Below, piece by piece: positions 8,706 to 18,099 of a stretch of DNA of 49,298 nt. The notes under the pieces were generated by a model. That model made no database searches and was not told the DNA's origin. It worked only from the letters and a program-made list of their open reading frames with translations. How positions within the stretch are numbered: the first letter of the stretch is position 1; each line of letters begins with the position of its first letter. This stretch comes from Planctomycetota bacterium (GTDB lineage: Bacteria; Planctomycetota; Planctomycetia; Planctomycetales; Planctomycetaceae), in contig JAJRVU010000275.1 in assembly GCA_024277145.1 (NCBI GenBank), positions 1 through 49,298 of the forward strand, read 5' to 3'. The translations under genes and the position numbers were made by a program.

Positions 8706-10790
8706 ATGAATACGCCTGAAGAACAAGCAAGCCCATCATCTCTTCATCTCAACAAGCAGATTGCTCCTCTCTTTAAGAAAATCCTGTTCACGATTACTCT
8801 TACCAGCTTGTTAACCGTCGTCATTGAAATGGTCGCCAACCATAATATTGTAACTCGCCTTGTATCAGACAGCTTGATTTTTATCGTCTGGTCAGTTCCA
8901 TTTTTTTTCCTCACTTTACACACCTGTAAATTATCCATTGACACTAAAATCAAATACCTGATCGCTACCATTTTCAGCATTATAGCCATTGATCGATTAT
9001 TAGAACTTACGGAAAGAATTAAGTATTTTGAAGGGACTTTTATAATAGGCCAAAACAGTTTTTTGCATGATGAAGCTCATTACATTCTCACACTGGGAGT
9101 CATCTCCGCTTTCTTTTCTCTCACTTATATTTGCATCAACATGCTAAGTGAAACATCTCAAAAACTTGAGGAAAACCAACTTGTCGTTCAGGAAGAGATC
9201 CGTCAAAAGGAAATGGCCCAGAAATCATTCAGTGAAAGTGAAATACTTCTCAAAACTATTTTTGATACTGCAGACGATTTTATCTTCATTAAAGACAGGA
9301 ACTGTAAATACGTTTCAGTGAACCCCGCGATGTCTCGAATGACAAATAGAACCCCTTCTGAGTACATCGGAAAGACCTATAGTGATTTTGAAGAATCACC
9401 TTCTAACCGGGATGAAGTTGAATTTGATGACAATAAAGTTCTGAATGGGGAGAAAATAGAAAGAGAAGCGAGTTATATTATATTAGGCAAAGAAATAGTC
9501 ATTCATACATTGAAAGTTCCTATCTTTGAAAAAGATGGAAACATATCTGGAATATGTGGAATTGCACGTGATGTTACTCAGAGAAAAGAAGAAGAAAAAC
9601 AAAAGAAAATTCTGGAAAAAAGAATGCTTCAGTCGCAAAAACTGGAAAGCCTCGGGGTGATTTCGGGTGGAATTGCCCATGATTTTAATAACCTGCTGGT
9701 TGGAATTTTAGGCAACGCAAGCTTGATTCAAATGGAAGAAAACCTGCCTGAATCCTGTGATAATAACCTAGATGATATCATTTCCTCTGCAGAGAAAGCT
9801 TCTGAATTTTGCGATCAACTTCTGACTTACTCAGGAAAAGGACATTTTAATTTAGAATCAACCAGCTTGAATGATTCTATTTCTGCGATACTGAAAATAA
9901 TGAAAAAGGTCATATCAAAAAAAGTACGTTTGGTGACCAACCTCGAATCCGAGCTTCCGAACATTAAAAGTAACAGTTCTCAAATTCAACAAATTATCAT
10001 GAACCTGATTACCAATGCTTCAGAATCGTTTGAAGAAATAGAGGGAACAATTACAATAAAAACAGGTAAGATGCATACTTCAAAAGAATACATGGATTCC
10101 AGTTATCTTCAGGATGATCTTCCCGCTGGGGAATACCTATATGTAGAAGTCATTGATACGGGCTGTGGCATGGACAAGGAAACCATCACTCAACTGTTTG
10201 ATCCCTTTTTTACGACAAAATTCGCTGGTCGGGGTTTAGGAATGACTTCCACATTGGGGATTGTCCGCTCACATCAAGGGGCCATTTTTGTTGAGAGCAA
10301 TCGGGGTGAAGGAACACTTTTCAGAATTCTGTTTCCTGTAACAAACCAACCTTTACCCCAGCAGTCCGTTCCAGCAAAGCTAATTAATTTTGGTAGTTAT
10401 CCCGGAACCGTTCTAGTCATTGACGATGAGGAAGCGGTTCTCAAAGTCACCAAAACAGCTTTGGAACTGGAGAATTTCAAAGTTCTGACCGCAAAAGATG
10501 GACAAGAAGGACTTGAAATCGTCAACAAACATCAAGAGGAGATTTCCCTGATCCTTCTGGATTTAACGATGCCTAATTTGAATGGAAAAGAATTTATTGA
10601 ACGGATGAAAGCCATGCAATCGAATAAACGAATCATCTTAAGTAGTGGCTATGACGCTGAAAAAATGATGACAGAAGAAATGATGAAGGAGATTACAGGG
10701 TTTTTAAAGAAGCCTTATACGGTTCAAGAATTGCTTCATGAAGTCCATCAGTCTTTGCAAATCACCTCAACTGTCCGAAAAATGGTCTAG
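8706..10790 (+). CDS. hybrid sensor histidine kinase/response regulator, tandem paralog of 6551-8644
   Basis: 694 aa with the same architecture. By eye the catalytic core is roughly 75-80% identical to its neighbour and the membrane N-domain about 40%. ATG at 8706, 61 nt after the upstream stop. Confidence 0.88.
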   Translation: MNTPEEQASPSSLHLNKQIAPLFKKILFTITLTSLLTVVIEMVANHNIVTRLVSDSLIFIVWSVPFFFLTLHTCKLSIDTKIKYLIATIFSIIAIDRLLELTERIKYFEGTFIIGQNSFLHDEAHYILTLGVISAFFSLTYICINMLSETSQKLEENQLVVQEEIRQKEMAQKSFSESEILLKTIFDTADDFIFIKDRNCKYVSVNPAMSRMTNRTPSEYIGKTYSDFEESPSNRDEVEFDDNKVLNGEKIEREASYIILGKEIVIHTLKVPIFEKDGNISGICGIARDVTQRKEEEKQKKILEKRMLQSQKLESLGVISGGIAHDFNNLLVGILGNASLIQMEENLPESCDNNLDDIISSAEKASEFCDQLLTYSGKGHFNLESTSLNDSISAILKIMKKVISKKVRLVTNLESELPNIKSNSSQIQQIIMNLITNASESFEEIEGTITIKTGKMHTSKEYMDSSYLQDDLPAGEYLYVEVIDTGCGMDKETITQLFDPFFTTKFAGRGLGMTSTLGIVRSHQGAIFVESNRGEGTLFRILFPVTNQPLPQQSVPAKLINFGSYPGTVLVIDDEEAVLKVTKTALELENFKVLTAKDGQEGLEIVNKHQEEISLILLDLTMPNLNGKEFIERMKAMQSNKRIILSSGYDAEKMMTEEMMKEITGFLKKPYTVQELLHEVHQSLQITSTVRKMV

Positions 10791-11059
10791 CACTGGCAAC
10801 CACACAATCTTTAAAAAACATCATTATCCTGTACAAGACCTGAAAAACCGGTGTAAATAGGCCTATAACCGGTAAGACCTCCTTAAGGTCACTCATCTCA
10901 CTTAAACCTTGACGATATGTACTCTGGCAAGTAGGCTAATACGTATAAGTATCTGTTTAAGTGTTCAATTTTGTTTGTGACTTTATCCCTATCGGGTGGG
11001 TGAGATCAATTTTGTTCATGAATCATTCCTCATGACGAGGTATTTGGCGAGGCGGGACC

Positions 11060-12409
11060 ATGCTGACAATCCTGGGAAAAAAGCACAGCTTATGTGATGG
11101 AATCACTCGGCGGAGTTTTTTAAAAATTGGCGGGCTTGCAATGGGCGCTGCTGGCGGGATTGGTCTCCCTGCTCTTCTGAAAGCTCAGTCAGAAAACGGA
11201 AATAAATCTTCCCATAAAGCAATCATTAATATTTTCTTGAGTGGAGGTCCTCCCCATCAGGATATGTGGGATATCAAAACAGATGCCCCTAGTGAAGTTC
11301 GTGGTCCGTTTGAAGCAATCTCGACGGCAGTTCCCGGTATTCAAATTGGAGAATGCTTTCCCAAAATTGCAGCGATGATGGACAAGATGGCTGTGATTCG
11401 TTCTGTGGTGGGAAGTGTCGGGCATCATGATGGTTATCAATGTATGTCTGGCTGGAATCGACGCGACAAGCTTAGCATCGGCGGGTGCCCAAGCATTGGT
11501 TCTGTTCTTGCGAAATTGAAAGGTCCTGTTGATCCCGGAATTCCTCCACATGTAGGCTTAAGCCAGAAGATGGGACATATAGAATGGGCAGAATCGGGAA
11601 GCCCAGGTTTTTTAGGAGCCACTTACAAACCATTCAAACCAGATGGTCAGGGAATGTCAGATTTAAAACTGAACAACATGACATTGGACCGTTTATCAGA
11701 TCGAAAAACCTTACAGAAAAATTTTGACCGCTTGCGAAGTGATATAGATTCTTCCGGCATGATGAAAGGGATGGACTCCTTTACCCAAGCTGCATTTGAT
11801 GTTTTAAGCTCCAACAAGTTAATGGATGCACTTGATATCAGTAAGGAATCTCAGGAAACACGTGATCGCTACGGCGATGGCAAACCTTACAAGTACCAAT
11901 ATGATGGTGCGCCAACAGTGAATGATCAAATTTTGATGGCGCGTCGACTTGTGGAAGCGGGAGCCCGTTCCGTTTCTCTTTCTTATGGTCGATGGGACAG
12001 TCACGGTGATAACTTCGGGCTTGTCAGGCATCACGGACCTCGATTGGATCAGGCAGTCAGTGCATTGGTTCAGGATTTGGAAGAACGGGGAATGCTCGAT
12101 GATGTGACTGTTGTTGTCTGGGGAGAATTTGGAAGAACCCCGATGATTAACAAAAACTCAGGACGAGATCATTGGCCACGAGTCAGCTGTGCTCTTCTTG
12201 CAGGAGGCGGTATGAAAGTTGGCCAAGTGATTGGTTCCACTAACCGACTGGGAGAAGCTGCTGCCACCCGTCCTGTTCATATGCAGGAAATCATTGCAAC
12301 GCTTTATCATAATCTGGGAATTGATCCGCTGAACACAACACTGATTGATAACGCGGGCCGACCACAATATCTGATTGAACGTCGAAACGTTGTTCACGAA
12401 CTGGTCTGA
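11060..12409 (+). CDS. DUF1501 (sulfatase-like) protein with a twin-arginine signal
   Basis: 449 aa. It has an [17 protein letters not shown] Tat motif, an alkaline-phosphatase-like core and a C-terminal LGIDP motif typical of the planctomycete DUF1501 family. Confidence 0.85.
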   Translation: MLTILGKKHSLCDGITRRSFLKIGGLAMGAAGGIGLPALLKAQSENGNKSSHKAIINIFLSGGPPHQDMWDIKTDAPSEVRGPFEAISTAVPGIQIGECFPKIAAMMDKMAVIRSVVGSVGHHDGYQCMSGWNRRDKLSIGGCPSIGSVLAKLKGPVDPGIPPHVGLSQKMGHIEWAESGSPGFLGATYKPFKPDGQGMSDLKLNNMTLDRLSDRKTLQKNFDRLRSDIDSSGMMKGMDSFTQAAFDVLSSNKLMDALDISKESQETRDRYGDGKPYKYQYDGAPTVNDQILMARRLVEAGARSVSLSYGRWDSHGDNFGLVRHHGPRLDQAVSALVQDLEERGMLDDVTVVVWGEFGRTPMINKNSGRDHWPRVSCALLAGGGMKVGQVIGSTNRLGEAAATRPVHMQEIIATLYHNLGIDPLNTTLIDNAGRPQYLIERRNVVHELV

Positions 12410-12531
12410 ACAGAAATGAATTTTTTCTGATTGCGAATCTTCAAACAGCATTGCCAGAGCGTTTCTAAAAATGATATCTGATATATTTCTGACAGATATT
12501 ACATTACGAAACAATATTGTACCACGCAATG

Positions 12532-12565
12532 AAAAAAACGCAGATGAGTTTTGAATTCACCTGCG
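12532..12565 (-). terminator. intrinsic terminator of acnA, on the minus strand
   Basis: Minus-strand RNA CGCAGGUGA-loop-UCAUCUGCG, 9 bp with one G-U, followed by U7. It lies just distal to repeat copy C. Confidence 0.7.
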
Positions 12566-12590
12566 TACCAATAATTTAGTTTTTTATTTT

Positions 12591-12660
12591 GAGCGATTAA
12601 GGTAAGACTTCCTGTGCCTTCGGCACCCAACCAACAAGTTGGTCGGGCCACCCCTTGAAT
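12591..12660 (-). repeat. ~72-nt intergenic repeat element, copy C
   Basis: Its reverse complement matches copies A and B almost base for base: GGGGTGGCCCGACCAACTTGTTGGTTGGGTGCCGAAGGCACAGGAAG.CTTACCTT. It begins about 12 nt after the acnA stop and is co-oriented with acnA. Confidence 0.85.
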
Positions 12661-12674
12661 GTTACCTCTACATA

Positions 12675-15347
12675 TCAACTTTTTGCGAGTTGTCTGAGGA
12701 CGGTGTGAAGGATTCCGCCATTGCGGTAATATTCCACTTCTACGGGGGTATCAACCCTGCAAACGGTTGTGAAACGAACCTGAGACCCATCCGTTTTTGT
12801 TGCAGTTACCTGGATCGTTTCTCCCGGCTTTAATTTGTCTGAAAGTTCAATATCAAAGACTTCCGTTCCATCGAGATCAAGGGTATCCCGATCTTCCGTT
12901 TCCCTGAACTGCAAAGGAAGAACTCCCATGCCAACAAGGTTAGAGCGATGAATACGTTCGTAAGATTTTGCAATGACGGCTCGAATTCCTAAAAGGAAAG
13001 TTCCTTTTGCTGCCCAGTCTCTTGAAGAACCGGTTCCGTATTCTGTGCCGGCTAAAACAACGAGTGGAGTTCCATCTGCGATGTATTTCTGAGCTGCATC
13101 ATAAATAGTAGTTTCTTCGCCGGTGGGGAAATAAACCGATTCTCCCCCTTCTGTTCCGGGTCTTAAAAGGTTTCGCAATCGAATATTGGCAAAAGTTCCT
13201 CGTGTCATCACGCGGTCATTTCCCCTTCGGCTTCCATAGCTGTTGAAATTAGATTTTGTGACGCCGTTATCTTTCAGGTATTTACCAGCAGGTGAGTCTT
13301 CCTTGATTGCACCAGCGGGACTGATGTGATCTGTTGTTACGGAATCACCGACGGAAACAAGAACACGCGCCCCTTCAATGGAGGAAATTGGTTTCGGTTC
13401 CGTTTCCATGTCAACAAAGAATGGAGGCTCCTGCACGTAAGTGCTTTCAGAATCCCATTCAAAGATTTCCCCTTCCGCTCCGGAAATTGCCTGCCATTCA
13501 GGGGGTCCCTGAGTTGCTTTGCTATATTGTTCACGGAAGATTTCGGGTGACATGGAACTATTGACAGTTTCCTTAATTTCTTTAGAGCTTGGCCAGATAT
13601 CTTTGAGGAAGACATCGTTGCCATCGGTATCCTGACCGAGTGGATCATTGTTCAAATCGATATCAACAGTTCCTGCAATGGAATAAGCGATGACCAACGG
13701 AGGAGACGCAAGATAATTTGCTTTCACGTGTGGAGAGATTCGTCCTTCAAAATTTCTGTTCCCGGAAAGGACAGCTGCTGCTACAAGATCACCTTCGTTA
13801 ATTGCGTTGACAATTGGTTCAGAAAGGGGACCGCTGTTTCCAATGCAAGTTGTACAACCGTAACCGACCGTGAAATATCCTAATTCTTCAAGAGGTTTAT
13901 CAAGGCCAGCATTTTGGAGGTATTCTGTGACAACACGTGACCCGGGAGCCAGTGACGTTTTGACCCACGGTTTGGGCTTAAGTCCTTTTGCAGCTGCATT
14001 TCTTGCAAGTAATCCTGCACCAATCATGACGGAAGGATTACTGGTGTTGGTACAACTTGTAATGGCTGCGATGACAATAGAGCCATCAGATATTTCGCCG
14101 GGGCGTTCTTCATCTTTGACTGCAATCGGCGAAGTTTGTGAATCTTTTCCGAAGACTTCCGTTCTGGTTTTTTTCCAGGCAGGTTTCATTTCAGAAAGAA
14201 GAATTCGATCCTGTGGTCTTTTATGACCTGCAAGAGAAGGCACAACCGTAGAAATATCGAGTTCCAATGTGCTGGAGAATTCCGGTTCCGGTGAATCTGA
14301 AGTTCGGAACATTCCCTGCTCTTTGTAATACCTTTCGACGAGATCAACTTCGTTGTCGGTCCGTCCAGTGTTTCTCATGTAATTCAAGGTTTCATTATCA
14401 ACGGGGAAGAATCCCATCGTCGCACCGTATTCGGGAGCCATGTTCGCCAGGGTTGCGCGATCTGCGAGCGTCATATTTTCCAGGCCGGGTCCAAAATATT
14501 CAACGAATTTCCCAACAACACCATGTGCTCGCAACATTTGTGTCACGGTTAAAACCAAATCGGTTGCAGTAGCACCTTCGGGAAGTTCACCCGTTAATTT
14601 GAAGCCGACGACTTCAGGCATAAGCATGTAAATCGGTTGTCCAAGCATGACGGCTTCCGCTTCAATTCCACCCACACCCCAACCGACGACGCCCAAGCCA
14701 TTGATCATTGTGGTGTGACTGTCTGTTCCGACAAGCGAATCCGGGAAGGCAACGCCATCACGCGTTAAAACACCTTTGGCCAGATATTCCAGATTGACCT
14801 GATGCACAATTCCAGTTGCAGGAGGAACAACCATGAAATTTTCAAAGGCCTGCTGCCCCCATTTTAAAAACTGATATCGTTCCTGATTTCGTTCGAACTC
14901 TTTATCAACGTTAAACTGTAATGCAAGTTTGGAAGCGAACGCATCAACTTGAACAGAGTGATCCACAACCATATCACATTGAACAAGCGGATTAATTTTT
15001 TTGGGATCGCCCCCCATTCGGACCATCGCGCTACGTAGCGCTGCAAGATCAACAATCGCGGGGACACCGGTGAAGTCCTGAAGGACCACCCTTCCCGGCT
15101 TGAAAGGAATTTCCACAACTTTCGGAGAAGCTGCATTCCACTGGGCCAGATTATTGACATCTTCTTCGTTGACGATGAAGCCATCCACATTTCTCAAACA
15201 GGCTTCCAGCAGAACCCGAATTGAATAAGGAAGCTTTTCAACATGTCCAATATTATCGTCAATTAACTTTTTCAGGCGAAAGATTTTGTAGTCCCCGCCA
15301 GCAGTTTTCAGTTGAGCCTCTGCACCAAATGGGTTTTGAGACGGCAT
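12675..15347 (-). CDS. acnA: aconitate hydratase A
   Basis: About 890 aa with aconitase family motifs throughout. The ORF track begins at a TTG at 15353; I prefer the ATG at 15347, which has a GGAG 10 nt upstream. Confidence 0.9.
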   Translation of the reverse strand: MPSQNPFGAEAQLKTAGGDYKIFRLKKLIDDNIGHVEKLPYSIRVLLEACLRNVDGFIVNEEDVNNLAQWNAASPKVVEIPFKPGRVVLQDFTGVPAIVDLAALRSAMVRMGGDPKKINPLVQCDMVVDHSVQVDAFASKLALQFNVDKEFERNQERYQFLKWGQQAFENFMVVPPATGIVHQVNLEYLAKGVLTRDGVAFPDSLVGTDSHTTMINGLGVVGWGVGGIEAEAVMLGQPIYMLMPEVVGFKLTGELPEGATATDLVLTVTQMLRAHGVVGKFVEYFGPGLENMTLADRATLANMAPEYGATMGFFPVDNETLNYMRNTGRTDNEVDLVERYYKEQGMFRTSDSPEPEFSSTLELDISTVVPSLAGHKRPQDRILLSEMKPAWKKTRTEVFGKDSQTSPIAVKDEERPGEISDGSIVIAAITSCTNTSNPSVMIGAGLLARNAAAKGLKPKPWVKTSLAPGSRVVTEYLQNAGLDKPLEELGYFTVGYGCTTCIGNSGPLSEPIVNAINEGDLVAAAVLSGNRNFEGRISPHVKANYLASPPLVIAYSIAGTVDIDLNNDPLGQDTDGNDVFLKDIWPSSKEIKETVNSSMSPEIFREQYSKATQGPPEWQAISGAEGEIFEWDSESTYVQEPPFFVDMETEPKPISSIEGARVLVSVGDSVTTDHISPAGAIKEDSPAGKYLKDNGVTKSNFNSYGSRRGNDRVMTRGTFANIRLRNLLRPGTEGGESVYFPTGEETTIYDAAQKYIADGTPLVVLAGTEYGTGSSRDWAAKGTFLLGIRAVIAKSYERIHRSNLVGMGVLPLQFRETEDRDTLDLDGTEVFDIELSDKLKPGETIQVTATKTDGSQVRFTTVCRVDTPVEVEYYRNGGILHTVLRQLAKS

Positions 15348-15567
15348 AATCAAAATTCTCCTCTATAAATTGTGAACCTGATGTTCAAAGTACCAGTAAG
15401 ATGGCTATTATTAACTGTTCCAATACCATATATCTGTTTCCCCCCGATGCTAACAATCTTCGGATGAATTGAGAAGTGTACCTTAATTGAGATTTCTGAG
15501 TCTCTTTCCTTAAAGGTGATTTCCCTGCTTTAAAATCTGATTTTTACTATTGTTCAAGAAAATTTCC

Positions 15568-16605
15568 ATGAAAAACCCCGGTAACATTCCTTATCCGTTT
15601 GAAGCACGGGTTCGGGTGGAATCCTATCTTCATGGGATTCGGATTGATCGATTTCTTGCCCGGCATTTTCGGAATTACACGGTTTATCGCATTCAACGAA
15701 TGATTTCTGCGGGCCTGGTATCCGTTGATGAAATCAGGGTCAGCCTGGATTGCAGAATTCATCAAGGTGAAGAAGTTAAAATCAGGCTACTGGAACCTCC
15801 TGACAAACTTCTTGAGCCAGAATCAATTCCGATTAGGGTTCTGTACGAAGATTCGTGGATCATTGTTGTCGACAAGCCGGCGGGTCAGGTTGTTCATCCG
15901 GTTGGAATTTATCAAACGGGTACACTCTGCAATGCGGTTCAATTTCATTTGGATCAGCAGACCGCTTTAAAAGGATTATTAAGACCGGGTATCGTTCACA
16001 GGCTGGACCGAATGACCAGTGGCGTGATAGTGATTACCAAAGATCATATTTCTCATCGTCGTCTTTCGATTGATTTTCAAAATTCGAAAGTTTCTAAAAC
16101 TTATCTCACATTAGTTGAAGGAGAGATAAAAGAGACAAAAGGAATGATCGATCGCCCGATTGGTCTCTTTCCGGGAAAGGGTAGCATCCTGATGTCTGCA
16201 TCGACTGACGCAAAATTCCCGAAGCCTGCGAAAACTCGTTATCAGGTTCTGGAAACAGTTGAAGGAAAAACTTTAGTAGAAGCATTCCCGAAAACGGGAC
16301 GCAACCATCAGATTCGTGTCCACTTTGCAAGCATCGGACACCCTGTTATTGGTGATGAATATTATGGAGCTTTTGGCAAAATCTTGAAAGATCCTTATGC
16401 GCGAACTCAACAGGAACCAAAATCGAGCAGGGTTATCTCAGGCAGCGTGAAATCAAATGTCACTGAGCCTCGCCACGCACTTCATGCTTCTGAACTCAAT
16501 TTCAAACATCCTGTTACCAAAAAAGAGTTGAAGATCAAAACCTGTTTTGAAGCAGAAGAAATCCTCAACCAGTTTCTGGAAATCTCTGCAATGGCAAGCA
16601 ACTGA
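15568..16605 (+). CDS. rluD: RluA-family 23S rRNA pseudouridine synthase (RluD-like) with an S4 domain
   Basis: HRLDRMTSGVIVITK catalytic Asp motif with an N-terminal S4-like region. The track start is a TTG at 15550; the first ATG is at 15568. Confidence 0.8.
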   Translation: MKNPGNIPYPFEARVRVESYLHGIRIDRFLARHFRNYTVYRIQRMISAGLVSVDEIRVSLDCRIHQGEEVKIRLLEPPDKLLEPESIPIRVLYEDSWIIVVDKPAGQVVHPVGIYQTGTLCNAVQFHLDQQTALKGLLRPGIVHRLDRMTSGVIVITKDHISHRRLSIDFQNSKVSKTYLTLVEGEIKETKGMIDRPIGLFPGKGSILMSASTDAKFPKPAKTRYQVLETVEGKTLVEAFPKTGRNHQIRVHFASIGHPVIGDEYYGAFGKILKDPYARTQQEPKSSRVISGSVKSNVTEPRHALHASELNFKHPVTKKELKIKTCFEAEEILNQFLEISAMASN

Positions 16606-17109
16606 ATTTTCTGAATGTAAATTCTCCGGAAAGATTCAACGTGCATTCTTATGAATTTTTCGAAAGATTTTGACTGCTTGTTCGTACTCTTGAATCGCTG
16701 CCTCGGGCAGGATTTATTTTTTCTGAATCAGAATTGATATTGCTCGCAAGGTCGACTAAAAAAAACGATTTGGACATGATTATCAACATTAAGCAAATCC
16801 ATCAAAATATCCCTTCTTTTGAGTTATTGGATTCAGCTTCTTGAATGACCACTATTGATGCTACATCTTGGGGAACAATCATTTATCACTTATCAAGAAT
16901 AACAATTCGTTACCTCACTCTATTTAATGTCATTATTTCGAAAATTGATATCAATTCCGTATCCAGATCATTCTCGTGCTATATTTTCAGAGTTAAACAT
17001 GTCAAAACGTCCGGAGTTCCGCAGATATTCATTTTTTTGTGATTTTCAAAATGAGGAATTCCAGACATTACAGTTCCACCCGGAAAATTAATTAACAGGG
17101 AGAGCCATT

Positions 17110-17628
17110 GTGACCTCTACAACCGATATAAATAGCAAGACTGAAACTTCTACAAATAAACGAACCATTGATCTGATTAATCCATTTATTGAATCTGCTG
17201 AAGAAACATGGGCAACCATGCTTGAGTCCCCTTGTATTCGGGGCGAAGTCCAGCGGGTTGTGGATGGGCATCATATGCAAAACCTGACATCCACTATTGG
17301 TATTAGTGGTGGGATGGCAGGTGCGATTTCCATCAGCATGTCAGAAAAAACCGCCCAAAACATTCTGTTTAAAATGACAGGGTTGGAAAGTGAAGGCGTT
17401 GACGAATTTGTTCGCGATGCCATTGGCGAAATGGCCAATATTGTTGCAGGCAAAGGAAAAAGAGACCTGGAAGATTTCAGCCTGAAAATCAGCCTTCCGC
17501 AGGTAATTATTGGTGAAGATTACACTGTTTACGCCCCCCGCTGGGCGATGCATGTCTATATCCCATTTACCTCAGACCTCGGTGAATTCACTCTGGATGT
17601 TGGTTTTGACCAAAATCGAACCGCATGA
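17110..17628 (+). CDS. CheX/CheC-like chemotaxis phosphatase family protein (orphan)
   Basis: 172 aa with an AIGEMANIVAG motif typical of CheX. GTG start preceded by GGGAGAG, and an intrinsic terminator follows. Confidence 0.6.
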   Translation: MTSTTDINSKTETSTNKRTIDLINPFIESAEETWATMLESPCIRGEVQRVVDGHHMQNLTSTIGISGGMAGAISISMSEKTAQNILFKMTGLESEGVDEFVRDAIGEMANIVAGKGKRDLEDFSLKISLPQVIIGEDYTVYAPRWAMHVYIPFTSDLGEFTLDVGFDQNRTA

Positions 17629-17664
17629 AAAAGCAAAAAAGAAACGAATTAATCAATATTCTTA

Positions 17665-17692
17665 AGAGGCATCTTCGTGATGCCTCTTTTTT
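17665..17692 (+). terminator. rho-independent terminator of the CheX-like gene
   Basis: AGAGGCATC-TTCGT-GATGCCTCT hairpin (9 bp) followed by T6. Confidence 0.8.
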
Positions 17693-17735
17693 GTGCGCTG
17701 AAAAAGAAAAAGATCTCACGCAGAGATCGAATTTT

Positions 17736-17760
17736 GTAGGGTCTGCTTTGCAGACCATTG
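17736..17760 (+). repeat. GTAGGGTCTGC-N3-GCAGACCATTG palindromic repeat, copy 1
   Basis: 7-bp stem GGTCTGC/GCAGACC with a TTT loop. It is the reverse complement of the copy at 18047-18071. Confidence 0.75.
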
Positions 17761-17833
17761 AATGCAGAGAAAAGAATTGAAAGAAGAAATATTAACACGA
17801 AAGCAGGAAGACACCAAGTTTATATGGGACATT

Positions 17834-17906
17834 CAAAGGGTGGCCCGACCAACTTGTTTGGTTGGGTGCCGAAGGCACAAGAAGGATTACCTTCATCGTT
17901 CAATGT
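17834..17906 (+). repeat. ~72-nt intergenic repeat element, copy A
   Basis: Same element as at 12591 and 23690. It contains a GUGCC-GAAG-GGCAC hairpin. Confidence 0.85.
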
Positions 17907-18046
17907 AGATCAAATGCTCAAGACACCATCAGATTTTTGTTACTTTATTGCATGCGAAATATTAAAATGTTTGCGTATGGAGAATCTTCTTGTCGCTAAC
18001 GCGACCCAGCCGTTTCGGCCGGGCCACCCTGTGTTTTAGTGCCGAA

Positions 18047-18071
18047 CAATGGTCTGCACAGCAGACCCTAC
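18047..18071 (-). repeat. GTAGGGTCTGC-N3-GCAGACCATTG palindromic repeat, copy 2 (inverted)
   Basis: CAATGGTCTGCACAGCAGACCCTAC. This matches 26 of 27 nt with copy 1 when reverse-complemented, and lies ~30 nt after the sthA stop. Confidence 0.75.
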
Positions 18072-18099
18072 TTTTTCATTATTTTGCGACGATTGATCG

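Noticed and set aside
16606-17109. A tRNA or other structured RNA in the 500-bp gap upstream of the CheX-like gene; I also scanned the other long intergenic gaps
   Set aside because: No cloverleaf-compatible segment with GTTC...GAAC T-arm spacing was found by eye. Only tRNAscan-SE or Infernal can settle this.
17758-18039. 93-aa ORF overlapping repeat copy A; similar ORFs at 23717-23998 and 12639-12833 overlap the other copies
   Set aside because: The three overlapping ORFs differ in frame, start position and length. Only the repeat nucleotides are conserved, so they are artefacts of the repeat and not a gene family.
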